A stretch of 64,000 nt of DNA from an uncultured Collinsella sp. (GCA_900545555.1 UQZI01000001.1:13413-77412); one strand, 5' to 3'. Counted from the first letter of the stretch, positions 47,134-59,200 are shown. Program-made: numbers and translations. The notes: generated by a model from the letters alone, not told the origin.

Positions 47134-50016
47134 ATGACGCTACTGTATTTCCTTACCCTGTTTCCGCTGGTACCGGCGCTGGGCATGCTGCTCGCGCGCG
47201 GTGACCGAGCCCGCGACGCGGTAGGGCTTGTAGGCTCTGGCATCATTATGGCGGTGACAGTTGTAGTCGCCGTCATGTTTTTTGGCACGGGCCCGCAGAG
47301 CTTCGAGGTGGCACCCGGCACCTCGCACGTGCTCTCCATCATCAGCTCCGTCATCGACGTCATCCTGTGCGCCGTCATCCTGTACAACGCGTACAAATAT
47401 AGGAACGCGCTCACCACGGTGCTCGGCGTAGTCCAGTTGGTGGGCTCGCTCGCCTTTGCAGCCATGACGCTGCCCGCGGCCGAAGCCGTCACGGCAACGC
47501 CGCTCTACCTGGACTACATGAGCGTGATCATGGTCCTCGCCGTCGGCATTGTCGGCAGCCTGATCTGCGTGTATGCCCTGGGATACATGAAGGACTTCCA
47601 GGCCCACGACGAGCACGAGGCTGCGCTGCGCGGACAGACCGCGCCCGACCGTCGCCCGCAGTTCCTGGCGCTTATGTTTCTATTCCTCTCGGCCATGTTC
47701 GTCATCGTGACGAGCGACAACCTGGAGTGGCTGTTCTGCGGCTGGGAAATCACCACCGTGTGCTCGTTCCTCATGATTGGCTACACGCGCACGCCCGAGG
47801 CCATCAAAAACGCCTTCACCCAGATCATCCTCAACATGCTGGGTGGCATCGCGTTTTTGGTCGGCCTTATGTTCCTGCACGTCAACGGCATGCCGTTGAC
47901 CATCTCGGGCATGATCGAGCTTTCCGGCGCCGGAACCGCGCAATCCGCGCTGCTGGTGATGCCGGTCATCCTGCTGTCGCTCGCCGCGCTCACCAAGGCC
48001 GCACAGATGCCGTTCCACACCTGGCTGCTCGGCGCCATGGTCGCCCCCACGCCCACGAGCGCCCTGCTGCACTCGTCCACCATGGTCAAGGCCGGCGTGT
48101 TCCTGATGGTCAAGCTGAGCCCGCTCTATGCCATCTATCCCGTGACCGGTTTTATGGTCACGAGTGTGGGTGCCATCACGTTTTTACTCGCTGCCCTCAT
48201 GGCGATCTCGCAGAGCAACGCCAAGCGCGTGCTTGCGTACTCCACCATTTCCAACCTGGGCCTCATCAGTGCCTGCCTGGGTGTCGGCGCGCCCGAGGCC
48301 GTATGGGCCGCCATCTTCCTGATCCTGTTCCACGCGGTGGCAAAGTCGCTGCTGTTCCTGTGCGTGGGCACGGCCGAACATCATATCGGCAGCCGCAATA
48401 TCGAGGACATGGATGGTATGTTCAGCCGCATGCCGCACCTGACGCGTCTGATGATGCTGGGCATCATGGGCATGTTTGTGGCGCCGTTTGGCATGCTCGT
48501 GTCCAAGTGGGGCGCCCTGGTGGCGTTCGCGCAGACCGGCAACGTGCTCATGATCATGGTGCTTGCCTTTGGCTCGGCCGCGACGTTCTTCTTCTGGGGC
48601 AAGTGGCTTGCCAAGCTTTCGGGCGTCGACCCCACGGCTCAAAACGTTGAGGTCAATGTCCATAAGACCGAATGGATGGCCCTCAACACCATCGCCGCGC
48701 TGCTGATTCTTTGCTGCGTGGCGTTCCCGCTCATCTCGAGCGGCCTGGTGTCGCCTTACTTGGCCATGGTGTTTGGCCGCGTGCCGTACGTTATTGGCAA
48801 GGACTCCATGTATCTGATGGTGGTTATCGTGGCGTTTATCGCCGTGGTGCTGCTGACTTCATTCCGCGTGAGCAACAAACCGCACGTCAACGTGTACCTT
48901 TCGGGTGTGGGGACCGACAAATATCGCCATTTCCGTGGCTCGATGGGACACGAGGTGAAGGCCGAAAAGCGCAATTGGTACTCGGAGGACGCCCTTGGCG
49001 AGAAGCGTATTGGCCCCGCGGGTAGCGTCGTGTGTTGCAGCATTATCTTGTTTGCGCTGCTGTGTTGCGCGTGGATTGGGCCCGAGAGACTTGCCATGAG
49101 CGCGCCCTCGGTGCTGCGCGGTAAGTATTTTGAAGGTTCGGGTGTCGTGGGCATATTTATTGGTACCGTGGCATTTGCCTTGATTGCGCCGCTTGTGGGA
49201 GGCCTGATCGACGGCCTTGACCGCAAGCTTTCGGCCCGCATGCAGGGCCGTGTGGGCCCGCGCCTGCTGCAACCGTTCTACGACGTTGCCAAGCTGCTGC
49301 GCAAGGCCCCTGCCAGCGTAAACACCATGGACGATACCTATATGGCATGCGCGCTCATCTTCACCGTCGTGGGCGGCGGCATCTTTGTGTCGGGTTCTAA
49401 CACGCTACTGTGCGCTTTTATGGTGACGCTCGCCGCGATCTTTGTGGTGCTGGCGTCCGCCTCGACGCAAAGCCCGTTTGCCCAGGTCGGTGCCGACCGC
49501 GAGTTGCTGCAGGTCATGAGCTACGAGCCCGCCGTTCTGCTGATGAGCGTGGGCCTGTACCTTGCCACCGATAGCTTTGATTCCATCGCCGTGACGGGGC
49601 AGTCGGCCCCCATCATCGTGTACAGCGCGCCCATTTTCCTCGCGCTGCTCGCGGTGCTTACCATCAAACTGCGCAAGTCGCCGTTCGATCTTTCGTACTC
49701 GCATCACGCGCATCAGGAGATTGTCCAGGGCGTCGCCACCGAGATGAGCGGCGGCACGCTGGCCAAGATGACCCTTATGCACTGGTGTGAGACCGTGCTG
49801 TTTTTGATGTGGGTGGGCATGTTCTTTGTTTGGGACAACCCGGTGAGCTGGGTCGTAGCCCTGGTCGTGATGGCCGCGACGTATTTTGTCGAGGTGCTGA
49901 TCGACAACACCTTCGCACGCAGCACCTGGCGCAGCTGCTTTAAGCTCGGCTGGGGCGTGGCGCTGGTGTTTGGCCTGCTCAACCTTATGCCCATCCTCGT
50001 CGACGTGTTTATTTAG
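47134..50016 (+). CDS. echAB: Ech hydrogenase membrane subunits, EchA (NuoL/MrpA-like) fused to EchB (NuoH-like)
   Basis: EchA motifs WEITT, KAAQMPFHTWLLGAMVAPTPTSALLHSSTMVKAG, KRVLAYSTIS and FHAVAKS. In the same frame, EchB motifs DRKLSARMQGRVGP..LQPFYD..KL, QVMSYE and KSPFD...HHAHQE. Confidence 0.88.
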   Translation: MTLLYFLTLFPLVPALGMLLARGDRARDAVGLVGSGIIMAVTVVVAVMFFGTGPQSFEVAPGTSHVLSIISSVIDVILCAVILYNAYKYRNALTTVLGVVQLVGSLAFAAMTLPAAEAVTATPLYLDYMSVIMVLAVGIVGSLICVYALGYMKDFQAHDEHEAALRGQTAPDRRPQFLALMFLFLSAMFVIVTSDNLEWLFCGWEITTVCSFLMIGYTRTPEAIKNAFTQIILNMLGGIAFLVGLMFLHVNGMPLTISGMIELSGAGTAQSALLVMPVILLSLAALTKAAQMPFHTWLLGAMVAPTPTSALLHSSTMVKAGVFLMVKLSPLYAIYPVTGFMVTSVGAITFLLAALMAISQSNAKRVLAYSTISNLGLISACLGVGAPEAVWAAIFLILFHAVAKSLLFLCVGTAEHHIGSRNIEDMDGMFSRMPHLTRLMMLGIMGMFVAPFGMLVSKWGALVAFAQTGNVLMIMVLAFGSAATFFFWGKWLAKLSGVDPTAQNVEVNVHKTEWMALNTIAALLILCCVAFPLISSGLVSPYLAMVFGRVPYVIGKDSMYLMVVIVAFIAVVLLTSFRVSNKPHVNVYLSGVGTDKYRHFRGSMGHEVKAEKRNWYSEDALGEKRIGPAGSVVCCSIILFALLCCAWIGPERLAMSAPSVLRGKYFEGSGVVGIFIGTVAFALIAPLVGGLIDGLDRKLSARMQGRVGPRLLQPFYDVAKLLRKAPASVNTMDDTYMACALIFTVVGGGIFVSGSNTLLCAFMVTLAAIFVVLASASTQSPFAQVGADRELLQVMSYEPAVLLMSVGLYLATDSFDSIAVTGQSAPIIVYSAPIFLALLAVLTIKLRKSPFDLSYSHHAHQEIVQGVATEMSGGTLAKMTLMHWCETVLFLMWVGMFFVWDNPVSWVVALVVMAATYFVEVLIDNTFARSTWRSCFKLGWGVALVFGLLNLMPILVDVFI

Positions 50017-50028
50017 GAGGCGGCATCC

Positions 50029-50622
50029 ATGGATCATAAAATGTCGCGCTCACCGTGGGTTATTCATTACGACGGCTCGAGCTGCAACGGATGCGATATC
50101 GAGGTGCTGGCCTCGCTTACCCCACTGTTCGATGCGGAGCGCTTTGGCGTGGTCAACACCGGCAACCCCAAGCATGCGGACATCTTTTTGGTGACGGGGT
50201 CGGTCAATGCCCAGAACCTGCCCGTCGTGCGTCAGATTTACAACCAGATGCTCGAGCCCAAGTGCGTGGTGGCGTGCGGCATCTGCGCGTGCTCGGGCGG
50301 CGTGTTCCGCGATGCCTACAACGTGATCGGCGGCGTGGACCGCGCGATTCCCGTGGACGTGTACGCGCCCGGGTGCGCCATTCGCCCCGAGACGGTGATC
50401 GATGCCATCGTGGAGGCGTGCGGCATCTTGGACCAGAAGGAGGCCGTGATGCGCGCCGGCGGCGATCCGCTCACCGTGGGCGGCGCCGCCACCTGGGACG
50501 GTGGCGTTGAGCTGGGCGAGGACGGGTTTGTGGCCGCGGCTGAGGCCGGCGACGCGCCCGCCGCTGGCGACGCACCTGCTGGGACGCCCGCCGCGTCCGT
50601 CGCTGCAAAGGAGGCCGAGTAA
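50029..50622 (+). CDS. echC: Ech hydrogenase small subunit (NuoB-like)
   Basis: SCNGCDIE, GNPKHADI, GICACSGG and VDVYAPGC motifs; AGGAGG RBS. Confidence 0.9.
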   Translation: MDHKMSRSPWVIHYDGSSCNGCDIEVLASLTPLFDAERFGVVNTGNPKHADIFLVTGSVNAQNLPVVRQIYNQMLEPKCVVACGICACSGGVFRDAYNVIGGVDRAIPVDVYAPGCAIRPETVIDAIVEACGILDQKEAVMRAGGDPLTVGGAATWDGGVELGEDGFVAAAEAGDAPAAGDAPAGTPAASVAAKEAE

Positions 50623-51341
50623 TGCAAGAGGCAATCTATACCATCGTTGGGATCGACGAGCTCCTGTCGCATGTCCAGGCGCTTAAGGGCGTCGGTGCGC
50701 GCTTTGTGCAAATGCACGCCGAGCGTAACGTCGACGACGGCTCGTATCGCTTGGTCTATACGTTTATCAACGTTCGTGCTGCTCAGGAGCATATTGCGCA
50801 GGACGGCAGCTACGCGATTGAGAACCTGGTGGTTGAGGGCATCGAACAGTATCAGGAGATTCCGTCCATCAGCTCGTATTACCCCGCGGTGTTCCCGTTT
50901 GAAAATGAGGCCCACGACCTGTTTGGTCTTGCCATTACCGATATGCAGATCGACTTTAAGGGCTTTTTCTACCAGGTTTCGACTGCCGAGCCCATGAGCG
51001 TTATCACGCCCGAGGTGAAGGCCGCGCGCGAGAAGGCCATGAAGGTCCGCGCGGCTGCCGAGGCCAAGGCGCGCAAGGTCGCTGCCGAGAAGGCCGCCGC
51101 GGCTGCGGCTGCTGCAGGGGAGGGCGTTGCGGGCGCCGGCGATGCTGCGGGTGCTGCCGTTGCTCAGCCCGCTGCGGCTGCCGGCTCCGATGCTCAGCAC
51201 GATGAGGCTGCTGCAAAGGCCGCGCTCAAGGCTGCCGAGATGGAGGCAAAGCTCGCCGCCATGGATCCCGAGAAAGCGGCCAAGGTCCGCGCGGCGCTTG
51301 CCGCCAAGGTCGCCCGCGACAAGCAGAAAAAGGAGGCGTAA
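50622..51341 (+). CDS. echD: Ech hydrogenase subunit D (NuoC-like) with Ala-rich C-terminal extension
   Basis: IPSISSYYPAVFPFENEAHDLFG motif; GGAGG RBS; operon position. Confidence 0.85.
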   Translation: MQEAIYTIVGIDELLSHVQALKGVGARFVQMHAERNVDDGSYRLVYTFINVRAAQEHIAQDGSYAIENLVVEGIEQYQEIPSISSYYPAVFPFENEAHDLFGLAITDMQIDFKGFFYQVSTAEPMSVITPEVKAAREKAMKVRAAAEAKARKVAAEKAAAAAAAAGEGVAGAGDAAGAAVAQPAAAAGSDAQHDEAAAKAALKAAEMEAKLAAMDPEKAAKVRAALAAKVARDKQKKEA

Positions 51342-51346
51342 GGTCC

Positions 51347-52435
51347 ATGGCTCATCGCTCCGTTATTCCGTTTGGCCCGCAGCACCCGGTGCTGCCCGAG
51401 CCGCTTCATCTGGACCTGGTGATCGAGGACGACCGTGTCATCGAGGCAATTCCGCAGATTGGCTTTGTGCACCGCGGACTCGAGAAGCTCACCGAAAAGC
51501 GCGACATGCACCAGTTTGGCTACATCGCCGAGCGCATCTGCGGCATCTGCGCCGTGGGCCACAGCTACGGCTATGCCAGCGCCTGCGAGCGCATGCTCGA
51601 CATCGAGGTGCCCGGCCGCGTGCAGTATATCCGCACCATTTTGCACGAGCTTTCGCGCATCCACTCGCACTTGCTGTGGCTGGGCCTGCTCGCCGATGCC
51701 TTTGGCTTCGAGGCGCTCTTCTATCGTTCGTGGACCCTGCGCGAGCAGATCCTCAAGATCTTCGAGAGCACGTGCGGAGGGCGCGTGATTTTGTCGATTA
51801 ACGAGATCGGCGGCCTTAAGCACGACATTGAGGACTCCGAGCTAGCGGGTATTGTCCAGACGCTCGACGCTATGCGCCCCGACTACGAGGCCCTGGTGCA
51901 TACGTTTTTGGACGACAATAGCTGCGGCGAGCGCCTGCATGGCGTGGGTGCGATCAGCAAGAAGGACGCGCTGGATCTGTCGATGGTCGGCCCGTTCGGT
52001 CGCGCCTCGGGCGTGGATTATGACGTGCGCATGTTCGGTGACGGTGCCTATGCGGACTTGGCTGCGTTTGAGCCGATTGTTGCCACCGATGGCGACTGTT
52101 ATGCCCGCTGCCAGGTGCGTTGTGCCGAGGTTACGCAGGCCATGGACATTATCAAGGAGCTTGTCGGCAAGATTCCGCACGACGGTATCGGCGGGCGTAC
52201 CAAGCTCACGCCGGCCGACGGCGCGCGCGGCGAGGTTGTGATTGAACAGCCGCGCGGCGAGGCATATTACTATGTGCGCGGTAACGGCACCAAGAACCTG
52301 GACCGTTTCCGCGTGCGCACGCCGACGTCGCAGAACCTGGCGGGTCTGACGCATGCGCTGCAGGGCGTGCTCCTTGCCAACGTGCCCATGATTATCCTGA
52401 CCATCGACCCCTGCATTAGCTGCACGGAAAGGTAG
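51347..52435 (+). CDS. echE: Ech [NiFe] hydrogenase large subunit (group 4)
   Basis: FGPQHP, HRGLEK, L1 motif ERICGIC and L2 motif DPCISCTER at the extreme C-terminus. Confidence 0.93.
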   Translation: MAHRSVIPFGPQHPVLPEPLHLDLVIEDDRVIEAIPQIGFVHRGLEKLTEKRDMHQFGYIAERICGICAVGHSYGYASACERMLDIEVPGRVQYIRTILHELSRIHSHLLWLGLLADAFGFEALFYRSWTLREQILKIFESTCGGRVILSINEIGGLKHDIEDSELAGIVQTLDAMRPDYEALVHTFLDDNSCGERLHGVGAISKKDALDLSMVGPFGRASGVDYDVRMFGDGAYADLAAFEPIVATDGDCYARCQVRCAEVTQAMDIIKELVGKIPHDGIGGRTKLTPADGARGEVVIEQPRGEAYYYVRGNGTKNLDRFRVRTPTSQNLAGLTHALQGVLLANVPMIILTIDPCISCTER

Positions 52436-52442
52436 GCGCGGC

Positions 52443-52784
52443 ATGAGTTTGCTGACATTTGCCAAGACGGCCTTGGGCTCTATGGTCAAGCAGCCGGTAA
52501 CGGTGTGCTATCCGCAGGAAAAGCTCGCGGCACCCGAGCGCTTGCGCGGGCATATCGTCAACGACATGGACGTGTGTATCTGCTGCGGCATGTGTGCGCG
52601 CCGTTGCCCGGCGGGCGCACTCGCGGTCGATCGCACGGGCGGAACGTGGTCGATCGACCCGTATGCCTGCGTGGTGTGCGGCGAGTGCATCGAAAGCTGC
52701 CCCAAGCACTGCCTGACTATGGACACCGCCCGCACCCCAGTCGCAGCGGACAAGACTCCCACAGTAGAAACCAAGCCGGAATAG
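52443..52784 (+). CDS. echF: Ech hydrogenase 2x[4Fe-4S] subunit (NuoI-like)
   Basis: CICCGMCARRCP and CVVCGECIESCP motifs; N-terminal T..YP...RG. Confidence 0.9.
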   Translation: MSLLTFAKTALGSMVKQPVTVCYPQEKLAAPERLRGHIVNDMDVCICCGMCARRCPAGALAVDRTGGTWSIDPYACVVCGECIESCPKHCLTMDTARTPVAADKTPTVETKPE

Positions 52785-52798
52785 CGCTGGAATAGGGA

Positions 52799-52824
52799 CC
52801 GGTGGGGCAAAAATGCCCCACCGG
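52799..52824. terminator. Hairpin after ech operon (possible terminator)
   Basis: CCGGTGGGGCA-AAAA-TGCCCCACCGG; no clear U-tract. Confidence 0.45.
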
Positions 52825-52859
52825 CCCCGCGCTTAAACGCGCGGTTGTGCCGTCGCGAA

Positions 52860-53013
52860 CAAAACTATGACGGATTACGGGGCTGGATAGCGAATCTCCG
52901 ACCATGCAGAAAATCGCAAAAACAAAACCGCAGGTAGACAGCCTGCCGTTTTTCAAAAAATGAGGGTATGGATGAGGGTCCCGACTTTAGCCCCGTAATC
53001 CGGCATAGTTTTG
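52860..53013 (+). repeat. 154-bp element, family A (copy 2)
   Basis: CAAAACTATGACGGATTACGGGGCT ... AGCCCCGTAATCCGGCATAGTTTTG with core AAAACCGCAGGTAGA. Confidence 0.85.
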
Positions 53014-53119
53014 AAATGGCACCATATCCGTAACAGCCCTTGATCTACCGTAGACGGAGGAAAGCGGATCATTTTTGCCTGATGGCACCGAGTCGCACTT
53101 GTTTTCCTGCGAAAACGCC

Positions 53120-53235
53120 GTGTCTCAACTTTGGTGAGACATTTGTCTCACGCCCAAAACAGAATCTGGAACATGTGTCACCTGCCCAAATTGTGTCTCA
53201 TTTCGTAACTTTAGGCTGTTGCAAGGTCTGAGACC
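53120..53235. promoter_or_regulatory. Cluster of TGTCTCA/TGAGAC half-sites (candidate operator array) upstream of adhesin
   Basis: Palindrome GTGAGACA-TT-TGTCTCAC at 53134-53151, with further half-sites at 53121, 53194 and 53229. Confidence 0.5.
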
Positions 53236-53252
53236 GCGAGAAGGGAGACGCG

Positions 53253-56200
53253 ATGAGTAAGTACACGAGGGGTCTCTTGGCGGTGATACTGGCCGTAGTG
53301 CTGGTATTGCCAGCCGCAGCATTCGCCATGCTGCCCGAGGCCAACGCCAGGTCCAGCACCGGAATGGACGGGCCGACAGTAAGCGGAACGGTCGTCGACC
53401 CCGACACCAGCGGACGCTGGGAAATCTGGGCGGCCGGTCACAACGGTAACAAAGTAACGACTCAAAACGTCGGCCGAATCTGGACCGACAAGACGGTCAA
53501 GAAAGCCGGAGAAAACGAAGCGTCAGATTTTGTGACTACGCTTTCGGCGATGTCCTCGACGTCTAATTCAACCGTGACAGTCACCACGCCACTCGACATC
53601 GTGATGGTGCTGGATGCCTCCGGCTCGATGGATGATCCTATGGGTGGCAGAGATTCCACCAAGCGTATCGATGCACTGAAGAGCGCTGCGAACAGCTTTA
53701 TCAATACCATCGCCAAACAAAACGAGGCTGTCGAGGGCGTCAATAGGCAGCATAGGGTTGCCATTGTTAAGTTTGCGGGCAAGAAGTCCAACGATATCGG
53801 CAACAATATGTATCGCGACGGAGGGTACTCCTACAATTACACCCAGGTTATGAAAGAATTGACCTACTGTTCCGGCAGCAATGCGGATGATCTCAAGAAG
53901 AATACAATTAATCAAATTCAGCCTGCCGGCGCCACGCGCGCCGACTATGGCCTAGAGCTGGCCGAGGGAATCACTATCACTTCTGGCCGCAAAGACGCCA
54001 AGAAGATTATTGTGTTCTTTACCGACGGTACGCCAACAAAGCAAAATAAATTCGATGCGGGTGTCGCCAACGCTGCCGTGACAGCTGCTAAGAACATGAA
54101 GGACGGCAAGGCCACCGTTTATACCATCGGTATCTTTGGCGGAGCGAATCCCGGTGCGGGCATTCAAGATTTAGGAACAGACGAAGCGAATAAAGCGAAC
54201 AAGTTCATGCAGGCCGTGTCGAGCAACTATCCCAATGCCACGGCATGGGATACCCACGGCACACGCGCGGAAAACTCCGACTACTACAAGTCGGCGACCA
54301 ATGCAGAAGAGCTCAAGAAGGTCTTCGACGACATCTCGCAGGCCATTACGTCGGAGCCGCCTTATCCGACCGAAATCCACAAGGGCTACGACGAGACCAA
54401 GTCCGGCTACATCACGTTTACCGACGAGCTGGGCGACTTTATGCAGGTCGACGGATTTACCGAAGTCGTCATCAACGGCACGTCGTTTACCAAGGCGAGC
54501 AAGACGGTCAACGAAGAAACCAATACCGACACCTACGAGTTCACCGACAAGGCAAAGGACCTGCTCATTACCGTGCAACATGCCGGCGATGATAATCCCC
54601 AGAAGGGCGATATCGTAACGGTTAACATTCCTGCGTCGTTGATTCCGCTGAGCCACTTTAAGACCGTAGACGGCAAGCTTTCGGTCGACAGCGTTAAGCC
54701 CATCCAGGTGAAGTATGCCTCGAGCGTGAAGAGCGCCGCACTTGACAACCTGTTTACGCCCGAGAAGGTAGCAGGGCTCAAGAACTACATCGAGCATAAT
54801 ACGACTGTCGATGACGGCGCCAAGACCGTGAGCTTCTACGCGAACAAGTGGAGCGGTGGTGCGTTGGGTGATACGGTTGCGACCTTTGAGCCGGCCGACA
54901 CCAACCGCTACTACTACTTCCAGAAGCAGACTCCTATTTACACGGATAAGGAATGCACGCAGCCCGCAAAGAATTCGCTGGCAGATACCGGCACCTATTA
55001 CTACAAGGATAAGTTTGAAGAGCAGGGCGAGAACGGCGAGGCCAAGCCCGCCACCGCCGTCATCGAGTTTATCGGCGGCGACGCCGCGAAGTTCGACGGC
55101 GCGATTGTTCCCGATGAGAACGGTAACTTGGTGTTTACTGTGGGAACCGCACGCCTGGCCTTTATCGATGAGCTCCACACCACCAAGGAGAGCGTGGGCG
55201 GCAACAAAACCGATACCGCGACCGACGTACTCAATCCCAAGTGGAACAACATATCCGCCAAGGCGACCGCGACGCATGTCAACTCCTACCTGGGCAACAA
55301 CGGCAAGATCAGCTATAAGTACGACATGACGCCGGTAACGGTGGATACCAAGGATACCAAGGCCGGCTTTGACCTGACCAAGGTACTCGAGGGCCGCGAC
55401 TGGACGAAGGAGGACACGTTTGAGTTTGGGCTGACGTCCGAGAACGGTGCCCCGATACCCGAGTCCGCGACAGCGCCCGTGACCGCGTCTGTGACCAAGG
55501 ACGATCTGGACGACAAGGGTAAGGCTGTCATCGACTTCGGCACGATCAAATACACCGAGCCCGGCACGTACGTCTACAGGGTCAGCGAAAAGAACGCCGG
55601 GACTACGGTTGACGGCATTGCCTACAGCAAGAACGTCGCGGAGGTCACCGTGACGGTAACGCCCAACAAGAGGGGCGAGCTCAGCGCCGCTGTGAAGGTG
55701 ACATGGAGCGAAGCCGACGAGACCGAGTTCAAGAACGTCTACACTGCGGAGCCTGTTGAGTCCAGCGTTACCGACAAGATTGACGTGACCAAGTCTCTGA
55801 CCGGGCGCGACCTTACGGTCGGTGAGTTCAGCTTTGAGCTGCGCGAGATTAAGGATGAGGACTCTGAGCTTATCGAGACCGTTAAGAACGCTGCCGACGG
55901 CAAGGTGACGTTCAGTGCCATCAAGTACACCGAGATCGGCCAGCACACCTACAAGCTGCATGAGGTTAAGGGCAACGCCGGCGGTATTGACTACGATGAC
56001 GCGGTCTACACCATCGTGACGACCATCGCCGATAATGGCAAGGGCCAGCTGGTTGCCACGCACGAGCTGAAGGACGCCAAGGACGTCAAGAGCATCGAGT
56101 TCAAGAACGCCTACACCACGAATGCTACCGAGGCATCGCTTGCGGGTATCAAGAATCTGCAGGTTGACGACGCTCTTACCCCGGCTGATATCACCGGCAA

Positions 56201-59200
56201 GTTCACCTTTACCGTGACCGGTGAAGAGGGCGCGCCTATGCCTGCGAGCACGAGCGTGCACAACGAAGTCGACGGCAAGGTCGACTTTGGCAAGATCACC
56301 TTTACGCTCGACGACCTTAACAAGGCCCTGGGCGAGAAGCCCGAGAAGCGCGAGCACACCTTTACCTACACCGTGACCGAGTCCGGCGAGGTCGCTGGCG
56401 TGACCAACGACGCCAAGCCTTCGCGTACGGTTTCCTTCACCGTGACCGATGACGGCGAGGGTAATCTGAGGGTGTCTCGCAAGCCGGATGGCAACGTAGC
56501 CTTTACGTTCACCAATACCTATGGCGTGACGTCTGTCGAGACGCGCGTCACCGACCAGATCACCGCGAAGAAGTCCCTGAGCGGCCGCGACCTCAAGGCC
56601 GGCGAGTTCAGCTTCGAGCTCGTCGAGGGCGAGGACAAGAACGCCAAGGTCGTCGCCACCGGCAAGAACGCCGCCGATGGCAAGATCACGATGAACGCCG
56701 TGAAGTACGACAAGCCCGGCAAGCACACCTACACACTGCGCGAGGTCAACGGTGGAACCACTAGCAAGGGCATTACCTACAGTGATGCCAAATTCACCAT
56801 CGAGACGACCATCACCGATAACGGCGACGGCACCCTCAAGGCCGAGCATGTCCTGAAGGGCACCGAGCCCGCCGAGTTCAAGAACTCCTACAACGTGACC
56901 CCGCTCGACGCAGAGCTCGACTTTGACCTGAGCAAGGCCATCGACGGCCGCGAGTGGACGGATGGGGACGAGTTCAGCTTTACCATTACCGCCCCCGATG
57001 GCGCCCCGCTCCCCGATCCTGCGACCGTAACCGTGAGCAAGTACGATGCGAAGGACGGCATTGCCGCCATCAAGTTCGGCAAGATTCGCTACACGGCCAC
57101 CGGAACCTACAAGTACGAGATCCGCGAGAACGCAGGCAGCACGGTCGGCATGACGTATGACGCGCATGTCGCAACCGCCGAAGTGACCGTGACCGAGAAC
57201 GGCGAGGGCAAGCTGACCGCCAATGTCACCAAGAAGGAAAACGGACGCTTCACCAACACGTATCGCACTGAGCTTAACTACACCGCGGTCGGCGGCCTCA
57301 AGCTCAGCAAGAGCCTCTCCGGACGTCCTATGACCGAGGGTCAGTTCACGTTTACCGTGACGCCTGCCGACGAGGCTTCGGCCAACGCGCTTGGCCTGCT
57401 GCCCGGAGCCAACAACTTCAAGTCCCCTGCGACGGCAGAGGCAACGGTCGGCCTGATCGACATCCTGGCTGGCCATGAGGTCAAGTTTACGCAGGCTGAC
57501 GCCGGCAAGACCTTCACGTACACCGTAGCCGAGAAGAATGACGGCAAGCCCGGTTACACCTACGACGACGCCGTGCGTACCGTGACGATCGCCGTCGCCG
57601 ATGACGGTGCCGGTACGCTTACCGCCACGACGACCGTCTCCGGCGGTCCCGAGGGTACGCATACGACGGTCCACAAGAGCGGTGAGAACAAGGTCGAGAG
57701 TGCCCTGGTCCCGTTCCACAACAGCTACAGCGCTACGACCAATACGCCTGGTGGTACCGCTGCTCAGGTTGTCGCCACCAAGACCCTGACCGGTCGTCCG
57801 ATGGCCGACGGCGAGTTCTGGTTCGGCATTGCCTATCAGGGCGAGCTTGTGGGCTACGAAAACCTCAAGCCCAATATCGGCGGGCATGTGAGCTTTGATG
57901 CGCTGCACTACGACACCGAGATGCTTGCCAATCTTGAGGCGGCTGGGCTTGCCCATCGTACCGACAAGGACGGTAAGCTTGCCTGGACCATTAACTACAC
58001 GGCCTACGAAGATTTATTCGGGCTGCCGAATGGCGTTTCCGCTACAACGTGGAGCTTTGGCTTTAAGGTTATCGTCGTCGACAACGGTGACGGTACCCTG
58101 ACGGCAACGGTCGACTACGGCGGCGTCGAGCCCTTGTTCGAGAACGTCTACGGCGCCGAAGCCGTCGATGCCGCGCTCACCGGCACTAAGAAGCTCCAAG
58201 CTGCCGAGGGCCTGACCCCGGCTGACATCACGGGCAAGTTCACCTTTACCGTGACCGCCGACGAGGCTGGTGCTCCGATGCCCGAGCGCACGACCGCAAC
58301 CAACGACGCGGCTGGCAACGTGGACTTTGGCAAGATCCACTTTACGCTCGAGGACCTCAACCGCGCTCTGGGCGTGACGGACGATGCGACCGATAAGGCC
58401 GAGGCAGACGAAGCTGACGAAGCCGAGGCCGACGAGGCAGAGGCTGAAGAGGCCGACACCGATGCCAACGCCGACGAGCCCAGCGACGAGCCCGAGCCCG
58501 CAGCCCCCACCGCTCCGCGCTCGCACACCTTTACTTACACGGTGACCGAGTCCGGTAGCGCCCCTGGCGTGACCAACGACACCAACGCCACGCGCAAGGT
58601 TTCCTACACCGTGACTGACGACGGTGCCGGACACCTGAGCGTCGTGCACGAAGGCGACGACGGTGCTGCCTTCACGTTCACCAACACCTACAGCGTGACG
58701 CCTACCGATTCTGTTGTGACCGATCAGGTCAAGACGGTCAAGCGTCTGACCGGACGCGACCTTGCAGTCGGCGAGTTCACGTTTGAGCTGCTCGAGGACG
58801 GCGTGGTTGTCGCTAGTGGCGCCAACGACGTCAACGGTAACGTTACGCTGAGCCCGATCCGCTACGAGGCGCCCGGCACGCACACGTACACGCTGCGCGA
58901 GGCTTGCCCCAACGCGCTCGGCCTGTACAAGGGCGTCACCTATGACGGTACGACCTACACCGTCGTGACCACCGTCTCGGACAACGGCGATGGCACGTTG
59001 ACCGCGACGCACAAGCTCGAGGGAACTACCGAGTCGGCTGGCTTTACCAACAAGTATCACGCCACGCCCACGCAGGTTTCCATCGGTGCCATCAAGGTGC
59101 TCGAGGGACGTGAGCTCAAGAAGGACGAGTTTAGCTTTAAGCTCGTTGGCGAGGACGTAGAGTCTACGGTTACCAACGATGCCGACGGCAAGATCAACTT

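Noticed and set aside
47134..52784. NADH dehydrogenase I (nuo) operon
   Set aside because: The large subunit retains both Ni-binding CxxC motifs, the gene set matches Ech, and no NuoA/E/F/G/J/K/M/N is present.
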